Shown piece by piece: positions 38,869-50,786 of a stretch of 59,190 bases of DNA. Source of the DNA: Malacoraja senta (lineage: Eukaryota); contig JAXLNO010000065.1 of NCBI GenBank assembly GCA_038087875.1, positions 372,001-431,190 on the forward strand, written 5' to 3'. Within the stretch, counting starts at the first letter, position 1, and the number at the start of each line of letters is the position of its first letter. The position numbers and the translations under genes were made by a program. The notes under the pieces were generated by a model. That model saw only the letters and a program-made list of their open reading frames with translations. It searched no databases and was not told the origin of the DNA.

Positions 38869-39599
38869 ATATACACGTTTATCCCTCACAAAGAACAAGC
38901 CACCCTTTGGCTGTTCTCTATAACTTTATAGTTATATTTCCCCAGCCCTGGCAAAACCTTGGTAAATGTCTGGAACTTCTCTCTGCGTGTCACATCCTTC
39001 ACGTAAAGTGTTTAACCAGAACTATTCCCCGATATAGACCAACTCATGGAGATGCAAGAAACTGTCGACGCTGGTATCTGGAACAATAAACAATCTCAAT
39101 ATGTTGAGCGGCACCTTTGTGGTGTGGAGGTATTGTCGATATTTTGGGTCAAGATTAAGAGTGGAGAGGGTAGTAGCCAGTAAAAGGAAGAGAGGGGGAT
39201 CATGAGACTGGGGCCAGTAGGAGATTTGTGGATCGAGAAAGGTGGAGCATGACAGGCAGATCGAACCAGGGCGGGAAGGGAGGAGGAAGGATTTGGACAG
39301 AGGAAGGTGGATGATAGATGTATAGATGCAGACACAAAAAGAATGCAAAATACAAAGTGCTGGAAGAACTCAGCGGGTCAGGCAGCGTCTGGAGAGGTAA
39401 TGGACTGGTGACTTTTCGGGTTGGGACCCTTCTTCAGACTGCACCAGACTTTGTGTTTTGCTCAAGATTCCAGCATCTGCAGTCTCCTGTGTCTTCAAAT
39501 GAAAAGAGGCAGATGGAACTTTCTGGGGGTGTGGACGATGAAGGAGAAGACAGTTGCTAGAGGGTGATAGACAGGATACGAAAGTGAGTGGTATTGCAG

Positions 39600-40410
39600 A
39601 TAGTGAATATGGATGTCAAAAGTTGCAGACTGGATCTTGATCCGGGGGGCTGAAGAATGGTTGAAGACATTTAATACAGAGAAATGTGAGGTGTTGCATT
39701 TTGCAAATTCTAACATGGGCAGGACCTACACAGTGAATGGTACAGGACTGGGAAGTGTTGCAGAGCAGAGGGATCAAAGAGTGCAGGTACATATTTCCTT
39801 GAAGGTGGCGTCACGGGTAGATAGGGTGGTCAAAAGGCTATTGACACATTGGCCTTCATCAGTCAGAGAATGAGTATAGAAGTTGGGAGATCATTTGTAG
39901 TTATGGCACCATGTTACAGAAAGAAGTTTGTCAAGTGGAAAGGGTGAGAAGATTTACGATGTTGCAAGAACTCGAAGGCCTGAACTATAGGGAGAGGTTG
40001 AGCTGGCTAGGACTATTATTTGGTGCACAGGAGGATGAGGGGTGATTTTATAGAGATGTATAAATCATGAGAAGGAATAAATCAGCTAGATGCACAGAGT
40101 CTCTTACCCATAGTAGGGAAATTGAGAACCAGAGGACACAGGTTTAATGTGAAGGGGGAGAGATTTAATAGGACTCTGAAGGGTAACCTTTTCATACTAA
40201 GGGTGCTGGATGTATGGCATGAGCTGCCAGAGGAGGTAATTGAGGCAAGGACTATTTCAAGGTTTAAGAAACAATTAGACAGGTACATGGATAGGACTGG
40301 TTTGGAGGGATATGGTGGGACCTGGGCAGGTGGGACTAGTATAGATGAGACGTGTTTTGTTCAGCATAAGCAAGTTGGGCCTGTCTCCATGCTGTTTGAC
40401 TCTATGACTA
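39600..40410 (+). mobile_element. CR1 3' portion
   Basis: FNTEKCEVLHF; TRGHRF.V.GERF; RVLDVWHELPEEV. Confidence 0.85.
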
Positions 40411-40599
40411 TGTCTCTAGGGACATGGATGGGAAAGGTTTGAAGGAATTTAGCCAAATGGGACTTGCCTAGGTGGAGATCTTGACATGGGCGAGTAGGGC
40501 CAAAGGCCATGTCTCCGTGCTATACGACTCCATCACGTTCAGCACAGACATTGTGGGCCGAAAGGCCTGTTCCTGTGCAGTACTGTTCTATGTTCTGTA

Positions 40600-41345
40600 T
40601 AGTGTGCTGCAGGGATCAGTACTGGGACCCCGGCCATTTGTTATGTACCTCAGTGACTTAGATGTTAATGCAGGAGGTATATTTAATAATATGGTGGTGT
40701 TAAAGAGGATAGCCACGGGCTACAGAATGACATTGATCAGCTAGTATGCTGATGGAGCAATGGCAGGCGGAATTTAATCCGTGTGAAAAATCAGCATGAA
40801 CTGATGGATTTGGGAGGTCAAGTAATGAATGTTAGGGCCTCAGCAGTATGGACGAACAAAGTGCCCCTTGTTGTACAAGTCCAAATATCCCTGAAGGTTG
40901 TTGCACAGGTAGATAGAAGGTGAAGAGAGCATGTGGGATGCTAGCTTTCATTAGCCGGAGCATAGAATAGATGAACAGGGAAATTATGATACAGCTTTAT
41001 AAAGCATTAGTGAGGACACATTTGGAAAATGCGTGCCGTTTTGGTCAGTTCAGCATAGATAGGATTCAAAGAACAGGAAAGGGTGCAGAAGAGATTTAGT
41101 TTAGTGTAATAATCCAGAGATACAGCGCAGAAACAGAAACGAGTCCACGCCAACCAGTGATCCCCACACACTTACACTATCCCTCGCACAATAGGGACAA
41201 TTTACAATTTTACCATGCCAATTAACTGACAAACCTGCACGTCTTTGGAGTGTGGGAGGAAACCGGAGAACCGGGAGAAAACAGGAATATTGGAAGAATT
41301 TGTTTTCACTCAGAGGGTGTTTGGAATCTGGAATGCACTTCCTGA
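40600..41345 (+). mobile_element. Older CR1 RT fragment with a nested SINE (~41095-41283)
   Basis: VLQGSVLGP..F..Y..DLD RT motif. Confidence 0.75.
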
Positions 41346-41839
41346 TGGACCTAGAACTCGTTGAGGTGGGCTTTGAGGGGAATGAAGGTGAGGCCTCTTA
41401 ATCCAACACGTTGTGTCTATCAGGTCTGAAAAAGGGTCCTGACTGAAATGCTACCTGTCCTTCCCCCCCCCCCCCCCCCCCCCCCCCCCCCACAGATGCT
41501 GCCTGAGCAGCTGAGAGCTGCCAGCACTTTGTTATTTGCACAAGATTCCACCATCTGCAGTCACTGGTGTCTCCAGGGATAATCTTTGTTTCCAGATATT
41601 GGCATAAGATGCCTTAGGTCTCTCCAGGAGGGTTTGCCTGGTCCGAATTTCACGTCTCACCAGAAGGCCATTTCCAACATCACTCTCAATAAGTTAACAT
41701 AAAATTCAAACGAAGACCCAGCCTGGGATTCAACACACACCCTTGCAACCCAAACATGCAGTGATATTTATGGCTTTATTACACATAAACCACAGAGGGA
41801 TAGCATGGAAGCTTTTACACATGGAGTGCTATAAATGTA

Positions 41840-42143
41840 CTTTAGACTTTAGAGATATAGCGCAGAAACAAGCTCTACTGCTCACCAAGTCCACGCCGAC
41901 CAGCAATCCCCGAACACCAGCACTATCCAACACACTAGGCACAATTTACAATTTTACCAAAGCTAATTAACCGACAAACCCGTACATCTTTGGAGTGTGG
42001 GAGAAAACCGGAGCACCCGGAGAAAACCCACACGGTCACAGGGAGAACGTACAAACTCCATATAGACAGCACCTGTAGTCAGGATCGAACCTGGTCTCTG
42101 GTGCTGTGAGTCAACAACTCTACCGCTGCGCCACCGTGCCACC
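41840..42143 (-). mobile_element. HE1-like SINE
   Basis: Conserved family sequence. Confidence 0.85.
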
Positions 42144-42702
42144 CCGTCCCACCCGTTATGAGAAATGACTTCCTTATTTTTTTAATTAAATTTTAATCAG
42201 CAGAAACAAAGTGGATTTATGATTCATTTTATTACTATGATACTTAGATTCATTTGGACTGGCAGCGGTAGTTTACAAAGCTCTGGCATCATTTTGACTA
42301 CTTTCTATTTAATTTCACTTGGGCCAATATTTATGCATGAAGGGATTAAGGCTGACTTGATTGCAAGATATTGGACTGAGCATTTCCCAGTGTCATAAAC
42401 AGATTGAATGAGGCGGGAGGCGCGTCAACAAATATTTGTCTGATTCCCTTAATAATCTGCTCCCTGCCCTCCCTATAAAGACTGGCTTCTCGTCTCCCTT
42501 TGTTATTCAGCATTCATTAACAAGGCAATGTTTACCCAGTTGTCTGTGCTTATTGCTCAGACTGAGCTCAGTGTAAACAAAGGTGGCCTGGCATGATTTG
42601 CTTTGTGTGTGTTTTTAGATGCAAATGCAGTTGGCCGGTTGCAGTGCAGGAGACAGGTGAGTGGTAAAAAGAGTGGCACACAATGCAGTCCGGAGACAGT
42701 TA

Positions 42703-43241
42703 AGGGCCTGTTCCATTTGGGCATCATCCTAAAAATTGTTTGGCGCGTCGTGGTGGGTGGTGGCGTATGCAGTGACCCGCGGTAACGCGCAGTGCTTCCC
42801 CATCGCCCCAGGATTTTGGAATGTTCAAAATCCTCGCACGCCACCTGCGTGACGTATCCCTTGTGCACGCTGACATACTGATGGCGTACGCTGACATACT
42901 GACGGCATACGTGTAGCGCGTGGTGACGCATGGTTACGCACGGTGACGCACGAACATTGCCTACGCTAATTTATTATGTGTCATCGTGCGTCATCGTCCG
43001 TAACCATGCGTCGCTGCGCTGTCGGCGCGCCATTTGCGTGTCATTTGAGCGCCGCACCACGTGATCAGCCGGGTATAAAGCGCGCCGAGTTTTGAAAATT
43101 TTTCACTGGGGAAATCCTTGCCACGGAGACTGGCGCTAATTGGCGCGCGACTGTCGTACTGCTGTACGATTTTCGCGCGACAGTCACTGCCAGCCTGTCG
43201 CGTAAATGACGCGCAAATGACGCCCAAGTGGGACAGGCCCT
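42703..43241. mobile_element. Complete PIF/Harbinger-type MITE
   Basis: ~25-bp TIRs agggcctgttccatttgggcatcat / atgacgcccaagtgggacaggccct; TTA TSD at 42700-42702 and 43242-43244. Confidence 0.85.
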
Positions 43242-43449
43242 TTATACTCCACCTGTTTCAAGCTCAGAGGTGAAGTCAGCGTGTGTAAAATGAGGCAACG
43301 ATTATAGAACATACAACATGGAACAGTGCAGCACAAGAATAGGCCCTTCAGCCCACAATGTCTCTGCTGAACATGATGCCAAGATCATCACTTATCAGTG
43401 TAGGAAGGAACTGCAGATGCTGGATTATACCAAAGATAGGCCCAAAGTG

Positions 43450-44220
43450 CAGCATGGTGGCGCAGCGGTAGCGGTGCTGCCTTACAGCGGCAGAGACCCG
43501 GGTTCGATCCTGAAGATAGATACAAAATGCTGGAGTAACTAAGCCGGACAGCGATCCTGAATACGGGTGCATCTGAACGCAATTTGTACCTTCTCCCCAT
43601 GCCTTGCGTGAGTTTTCTCCGATTTCCTCCCACACTTCAAAGAGGTACTGGTTTGTAGGCTAATTGGCTTCAGTAAAATAGTAAATTGTCCTGAGTGTCC
43701 TCTCCACATCCACTCCATCCAGGCCTTTGATTATTCAGTAAGTTTCAATGAGGTCCCCCTCATCCTTCTAAACTCCAGCGAGTACAGGCCCAGTGTTATC
43801 AAACACTCATCATATGTTAAAATAAGAATTTAATTGTTCTGGTCACGGTGCATATATCCATTAAACACTCCTGACTCTCTTTGACTCAAATACTTGGAAC
43901 ACTCTACCAGTGACACAGTTGAGCAGCTGGTAGAGCTGTTGTTTCATAATGCCAGAGACACAGGTTCAATCCTGACCATGTCTGTGTGCACTTTGTGTGT
44001 TCTCCCTGTGACCGCATGGGTTTCCTCCAGGTGCTCTGGTTTCCACCCACATCCCAAAGATGTGTGGGTTTCTAGGTTAATTGGCCTCGAAATATGAAAA
44101 AGAAATGCCCTCGTAATGTGGGGGGTGGATGATAAAGTGGGATAGCATAAAACTAATGAATGGGTGATCAATGGTTGGTGTGGATTTTGTGGGCCTGTTT
44201 CCTTGCTGTATCTATAAACT
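43450..44220 (+). mobile_element. Cluster of two HE1-like SINEs, a CR1 fragment and a 37-bp PLE insertion
   Basis: Insert 43515-43551 flanked by TSD CGATCCTGAA. Confidence 0.7.
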
Positions 44221-45104
44221 GGAACAAAATTAAACGTAAGCACAGGGAAAAGTTACAAACGTCAGCCAGGTGCTCTGACAGAGGGCCCTCTTGCTCTGTG
44301 TCCCCTGCTCCCTGCTCTGATGCTGTCTCACCTGCTCCTGATGCCACCAGGCTGGGCTGGGATGGCCGGCACTGCAGCTCAGACAGAGCAGGGTTAACTC
44401 CAGTCCGTAACCACAGCACACCTGCACGGGCTGAAGATGGAGGACAGTGGGCCGATTGTTTGCACCCTTCTCTGGGCCTGTCAAGCTGTCCACTGGCGTG
44501 GCTCAAAGTCAGCGCTGTTGCCTGGCTGCCTTTCATGCCCTCCCTCCCCCCTCCCCCGGCCCACCCCAGCCCATCCCTGCTGCCAGGCCTGACCAGGTGC
44601 AAGGTATGAATCTGGCCACCGTGGTGAAGCTGAATGATGGAATTGTTCTTGTGAGTAAACGAGGGCTGATCGCCAGCGGCCCGGCACGTCATGGATCAGC
44701 CCAGCATCAAAGGCCGGCCCTTCACCTTCCCAGCAACCAGGCTCCAAATGACACTTGGCAAGGACCAGTGGGCAGCATGGTGGCACAGCGGTAGAGTTGC
44801 TGCCTTACAGCACCAGAGACCTGGGTTCGATCCTGACCACGGGTGCTGCCTGTACGGAGTTTGTAGGTTTGCCCTGTGACCTCTCAGCCTCTTCCCTCAG
44901 AGACTCCAACAAACCCCCCCCCCTGGCCACATTCCTCGTTACCTGGCTGATCTAACGATCATCCTGCCTTAGGACATTACAGTCAAATTAGAGAGATCTG
45001 TGAACCGCTGTCCCCTAACCCTTTATGTGCCTGTCACTGTTTAAATGCCTGTTGCTATTGTATCTGCTTCCAGCAACACCCCTGGCTCTGGGTTCCAAAT
45101 GCAG

Positions 45105-45556
45105 ATTAGTTTTAGTTTTAGGAAAGAAATGCAGATGCTGGTTTAAATCGAAGGTAGACACAAAATGCTGGAGTAAATCAGCGGGACAGGCAGCATCTCT
45201 GGATAGAAGGAATCTCTCCAGAGATGCTGCCTGCCCCGTTGAGTTACTCCAGCATTGTGTGTCTACCTTAATTTCAGTTTTGTTCAGAGATACAGCACGG
45301 AAACAGGCCCATCGGCCAACCAAGTGATCCCCGCACGCTAACACTATCCTACACACTCTAGGGACATTTTACAGTTTTTAACCAATGCAATTAGCCTACA
45401 AACATGTACGTCTTTGGAGTGTGGGTGGAATCCAGAGCTCCTGGAGAAACCCCACACAGGTCACAGGGAGATCGGAATAAACTCTGTACAGACAGCACCT
45501 GTAAAGAGGATTGAACCCAGGTCTCTGGCGCTGTAAGGCAGCAACTCTACCGCTGA
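45105..45556 (-). mobile_element. HE1-like SINE with a fold-back PLE remnant in its tail
   Basis: Inverted PLE pair ~45118-45268; SINE ~45275-45556. Confidence 0.75.
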
Positions 45557-46579
45557 ACTTATGAACAGTATAGCACAGGGACTGGTCCTTCAGACCACAA
45601 TGTCATTGTTGAATATGAAGCCAAGTTAAACTAATCTCCTCTTTCTACATGTAACCATTTGCCCTCTATTCCCTACATATTCACGTGCCTATCTAAAGCC
45701 TTTTAAACACCTCTGTTGTTTCTGCTTCCATCACCACACCTGGCAGCATTTTCCAAGCATTCAACATCCTCTGTGTAAAAACCGTGCCTCGCATATCTCC
45801 TTTAAACCTTCTCCTCTTTGACTTTGCTCACTGGTCTTTGACAATTCAACCCTTGGAGAAAGATTCTGACTCTCCACCCTGTCTACATAGGGGTCAATAG
45901 AACAAGCAGCATCAGCAAGTGGCTGCGATCTCCGAACAACTGCAGTAACACAGGAGGACCTGTGTGTGACAGTACTGATCCAAGCTGTGGAAGCATCCCC
46001 TCCCCCAGAACTTGGTCAGTCAGGGAAAGTTTACAATAATAATCAGATGAATCGAGCTATCAAGTTCATTTTGATGTTATTTCATGCATGCTGCTTGGCT
46101 TATTTATCTTATAGAGGCAGGGGGTTTTCATTCTTCATTCCCAGGAAGGGTATAACTGAGATGCTGCTTTGGAGCGAGAGCCCTGCCTGCCCCCTGAAAT
46201 AGGCTCCACTCATTACTCACTCGCAGAGCCATCTGCATTGCCCCATGAGTGAGGCAATGGGGCACCTGGCTTGCCCCATTGCCTCTGGAGCTTAGGAAGG
46301 GGCTAAGCCACATACTGGGGCTTCAGGAGCTGCCCCTACAAGCTGTATGGCTCTATGACTATGACTCTAAAAGAGTTGTTTAACAGAACCACTTTGTGTC
46401 TTTGCCCAAAATGTTATATTAGTGTTGCCCTTCCCCCCCAACACAGTCGTTGACAAACCACTAAATAACATGTAAATAGGCAAGGCATAGAAGGAAACAG
46501 GCAAATGGGATTAGTGCAGGTGGACAATAAGGTCGCCATGAACACGATGGGCCGAAGGGCAACTTTCCGTACTCTCATT

Positions 46580-46882
46580 TTAATTTAGTTTAGTTTAGAG
46601 ATACAGCGCGGAAACAGGCCCTTCGGCCCACCGAGCCCACACTGATCCCTGCACATTAACACTACCCTACACACATTAGGGACAATTTACACATACACCG
46701 AGCCAATTAACCTACAAACCTGTACGTCTTTGGTGTGTGGGAGGAAACTGAAGATCTCGGAGAAAATCCACGAGGTCTCGGGGAGAACGTACAAACTCTG
46801 TACGGACAGCACCTGTAGTCGGGATCGAACCCGGGTCTCTGATGCTGCAAGTGCTGTAAGGCAGCAACTCTACCGCTGTGCC
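46580..46882 (-). mobile_element. HE1-like SINE
   Basis: Conserved family sequence. Confidence 0.85.
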
Positions 46883-47174
46883 TGGGAACACTTTTTCTCT
46901 CTAACCCTCTCTCAATCCTTCGTGATCTTGTTCATCTCTCTGTGAAGCTCCCATACTTCAAGAACACTCCCCAGCTTCTCCAATCTGCCCTTATTGTGAT
47001 AACATGGAGACAACTGGTGAAGGGACACACCTTACCCAGCCAACGATGGGCTTACTGGGCACCGCCCTGGTTGGTCCTGGTCTTTTCTCGTCTCCAGCTC
47101 TTCACTCCACACCCCTCCAACCCCGTACTTTCAGTCTGAAGCAAGGTCTTGACCCGAAGTTTTCTCCACAATTG

Positions 47175-47478
47175 GCGGCACATTGGCACAGTGGTAGAGT
47201 TGGTGCCTGACAGCGGTTCAATCCGGATACAGGTGTTGTCTGTATGGAGTTTGTACGTTCTCCCCGTCACTTGCCTGGGTTTTCTCCAGGAGCTCTGGTT
47301 TCCTCCCACACTCCAAAGACGTACAGGTTTGTAGGTTAATTGGCTTGGTAAAATTGTAAATTGTCCCCAGTGTGTAGGATAGTGTTAATGTGTGGGGTTC
47401 ATTGGTCGGCATGGATTCGGTGGGCTGAAGGGTCTGATTCACGCATAATTTCTAAACTAAACGAAACGAAACTAAACG
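47175..47478 (+). mobile_element. HE1-like SINE
   Basis: Conserved family sequence. Confidence 0.8.
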
Positions 47479-47540
47479 AAGATGCTGCCTGACCCGCTGA
47501 GTTACTCCAGCACTTTGTGTCTATCTTTGGTATAAACCAG

Positions 47541-48274
47541 AAGGCACGGAAATCGCTATCAAACTATGGGGGGGAACAGGTGGGACACAATTTCTTGACG
47601 GCCACGCGCGCATGCGCACACTCACACACACACACGAGGCTTCGGAGGCTCAATCCAGCGCTAAATGCAGCTCAACTCTGCCTGTCTCGCCGTGTTAACC
47701 TACAGCCCTGCCTGGACTGACGGGACACCTGCGCTGCTTCTCCGCACTGGCTGTACACACCTGGGCCATATTTCCCGCAAGTCCAGGTGGACTGTAGGTT
47801 GACCTGGTGGGACAGGCAGAGTTGAGCTGGGTTCAGCGCTGCTTCTCTGCGCTGGCTGTGGGCCTGGGGGCACAGCTCCCGTCTGACTGCCGACCTCTCT
47901 GGCCACCCCCGGGCGTGGGGGGGGGGCACTTGAGTGGGGACGGGGCAGCGCCGGAGAGCCGGGATCGATCCTGGCTGTGGATGAGGCGCAGGCCTGTGCC
48001 GAGAGTGTTTTGGCACGTCTCCCTCCTCCAATCACCGCGCTGAATTATCATGTCCCGCCCTCATTGCCTGCTGACCGACGTCTCTCTCGTCCAATCGGCG
48101 CCCTCGATCAGCAGTCCCACCCCCACTGTCTCGCGGAAACGGAGATTTCACCGGGTTTTAAAATCCGGATTACAAAAAATGGGGGGGGGGGACTGTCCCC
48201 CACCTCTCAAAACGGGGGGGGGGGGGGGGGGAGGGGACGTGCCCCACCTGTCCCCCCACGGATTTCCGCCCCTG
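47541..48274 (-). mobile_element. Non-autonomous hAT-type MITE, copy 2 (opposite orientation)
   Basis: Termini aAGGCACGGAAATC / GATTTCCGCCCCTG; exact 8-bp TSD TAAACCAG (47533-47540, 48275-48282); collinear with 15378-16049. Confidence 0.9.
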
Positions 48275-49009
48275 TAAACCAGCATCTGCAGTTCCTTGTT
48301 TCTACTACTGATGAAGGACTCGGTGGTTCAGGCAGCATCTATGGAGGCAATAGGATAGTCAACATTTTCATAACCATAATCAACAAGATGATGTTTCCCT
48401 TTGCTTCCACAGATACTGCCCGACTCACTGAGTTTGTCCAGGTGGTTTGTTTTTCTTCATGCACCATTCTGGTAAATCCCCGCACACTTCGAGTAATGAA
48501 CACTAATAACATTTATTTGCAGAGGCTATGGGAGGCGTGTGAACACCTACTTTCAATGCTGAATGTGAAAAGCTTCCCAGCTATTTTGAGAACGTGTGGG
48601 ATGAGCCACACAGGTAGAGGAAAGTGTTAATGGGCCGGTACAAAATTCCCAAGTGGGTTGTTTATACATTAAAGAGTGTTTTCAAGAAACAGAAGGGGAA
48701 CTACACACTTCCATGCACTATAACAACATTGCAATACCACTCAATTTCTCACATCATTAACACTCCGCAAGCCTCTGTGAAATTCTACGCAATATCTTTC
48801 TAAAGTTCAGAACCAGCTGCCACAAATTCCTTTAAGTTCAAGTCTTCAAATTAGTCTGTGCAAGATGAAAGGGTGTGTTATTTTCTGCCAGAGGGACTAT
48901 CTAGCTAAAAATCTGAGCTGAAAGTTTGGACGTGCGCCACTCCCCATTTTCTGTCATTGACAGGGCATCGAGCAAGAAGGGTGATGCAACCAGAACACCC
49001 AGGGTCTAA

Positions 49010-49657
49010 TTTTCACAAGTTCACAAGTTATAGGAGTAAAATTAGGCCATTCGGCCCATCAAGTCTACTCTGCCATTCAATCATGGCTGATATCTGCCTC
49101 CTAATCCCATTTTCCTGCCTTCTCCCCATAACCCTTGACACCCATTCTAATCAAGAATTTGTCTATCTCTGCCTTAAAAATATCCACCCACTTAGCCTCC
49201 ACAGCCCACTATGGCAAGTTCCACAGATTAACTACCCTCTGACTAAGTTCCTCCTCACCTCCTTTCTAAAAGACCACCCTTTAATTCTGAGGCTATGCCC
49301 TCTGGTCCTAGACTCTCCCACCAGTGGAAACATCCTGTCCACATCTTCTCTATCTATGCCTTTCATTATTCTGTAAATTTCAACGAGGTCCCCTCTCAAC
49401 CTTCTAAACTCCAGCGAGTAGAGGCCCAGTGCTGTCAAACGCTCATCATATGCTAACCCACTCACTCCTGGAATCATTCTTGTAAATCTCCTCTGGATCC
49501 TCTCCAGAGTCAGCAAATCCTTCCTCAGATATGGGGCCCATATTTGCAGACAGTACTCCAAATGCGGCCTAACCAGCGCCTTATAGAGTCTCAGCATTAC
49601 ATCTGTTTTTGAATTCCAGTCCTCTTGATATAAATGCTAGCATTAAATTTGCCTTCT
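49010..49657 (-). mobile_element. Relatively young CR1 3' end
   Basis: ORF 49232-49597(-) LYKALVRPHLEYC.Q.WAPYLRKD...RGD...TRGHSLRI. Confidence 0.9.
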
Positions 49658-49669
49658 AGTTTTCCACCA

Positions 49670-50535
49670 ACTGGGACAGTTTCTTCCCAGCTATCATCAA
49701 GCAATTGAACCGTCCTCTCACCAACTAGAGAGCAGCCCTGACCTCCCATCTACTCCATTGGAAGCCTTCGAACTATCTTTAATCGGACTTTACTGGACGT
49801 TATCTTGCATTCAATGTCATAACCTTTATCCTGCATCTGAACATAGTGGACAGCTTGATTGTAATCAACTAATCACGTATAGTCTTTTCGCTGACTGTAT
49901 AGCAAGCAACAAAAAAATGTTTCACTGTACTTCATGTAGATCAGTGTCACTCATGTTGAGTCATGCTTTTGTAGTTACGCCCACTTGCTTTTACAGTAAT
50001 TCTCTCTGCCTGTTTCCCTTAGAATTAGAGAAACATGCTAGCATGAAGTTATCTATGCTATGTCGTTAATAAAGTCTTTGGACCTTTATCATGGTGTAAG
50101 GCTTCAGTTATTAACACAGCCGTAACACAACATGGTGTCAGAAGTGGGCTACGAACAGCGGCACGTGAACCCCCACAGTTAAAGCAATTATCGATGACTC
50201 ATAACATGAGTGACACTGATCTACATCCTCCCTCTTAAAGAATCAATAACAGTACAAACCCATTAACTAAGTAAGGCATGCATAGCAATTGATAATAAAC
50301 TGGTGGAAAGTCAAACATAGTCCGGGTACTTCACAACCGGCCTACAAACACAACCAGCACGTGTACGATAGAGACCATCTCCGTTCTTTCCCCCGGATAA
50401 CGCTGTCCATGCAGGGCACCCAGGCGCTGATGCTACTGTCCTACGGGCAAAAAGCATGACTCATAACATGAGTGACATTGATCTACACTTCAGCACACGT
50501 GACAATAATAAACTTAACTAAACTAAACTAAACCA
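49670..50535 (+). mobile_element. Rex1/Babar 3' UTR split by the Gypsy-derived insertion
   Basis: tttcactgtacttca|gcacacgtgacaataataaac rejoins when 49935-50492 is removed. Confidence 0.75.
49935..50487. mobile_element. Rearranged Ty3/Gypsy LTR retrotransposon remnant with inverted LTR ends
   Basis: LTR TG...CA 49935-50132 with AATAAA; PBS TGGTGTCAGAAGTGGG 50133-50148; inverted LTR starts at 50194-50225 (next to a PPT at 50226-50236) and ~50450-50487; 5-bp TSD CTTCA. Confidence 0.85.
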
Positions 50536-50542
50536 AACTTCT

Positions 50543-50786
50543 GATAGACACAAAATTCTGGAGTAACTCAGCGGGTCAGGCAGCATCTCTGGAGAAAAGG
50601 AGTAGGTGATATTTCGGGTCGAAACCCGTCTTCAGCCTGCTCTCTGATGACTGCTCTCTCCAGTCTGAAGAAGGGTCCTGACCCAAACGCCACCTACTCC
50701 TTTTCTCTGTATACTGCCTGACCCGCTGAGTTACTCCAGCATTTTGTGTCTATCTTCAGTGTAAACCAGTATCTGCAGTTCCTTCC
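50543..50786. mobile_element. Fold-back PLE remnant
   Basis: Minus copy 50543-50636 and plus copy ~50660-50786, each with a degenerate hammerhead motif. Confidence 0.75.

Noticed and set aside
41463..41491. Long poly-C tract (also poly-G at ~27528-27547)
   Set aside because: Homopolymer expansions inside repeats; lengths may be sequencing-dependent.
47977..48630. Longest ORF (217 aa) as a host gene
   Set aside because: It runs across a GC-rich MITE and a PLE remnant; no protein family resemblance.
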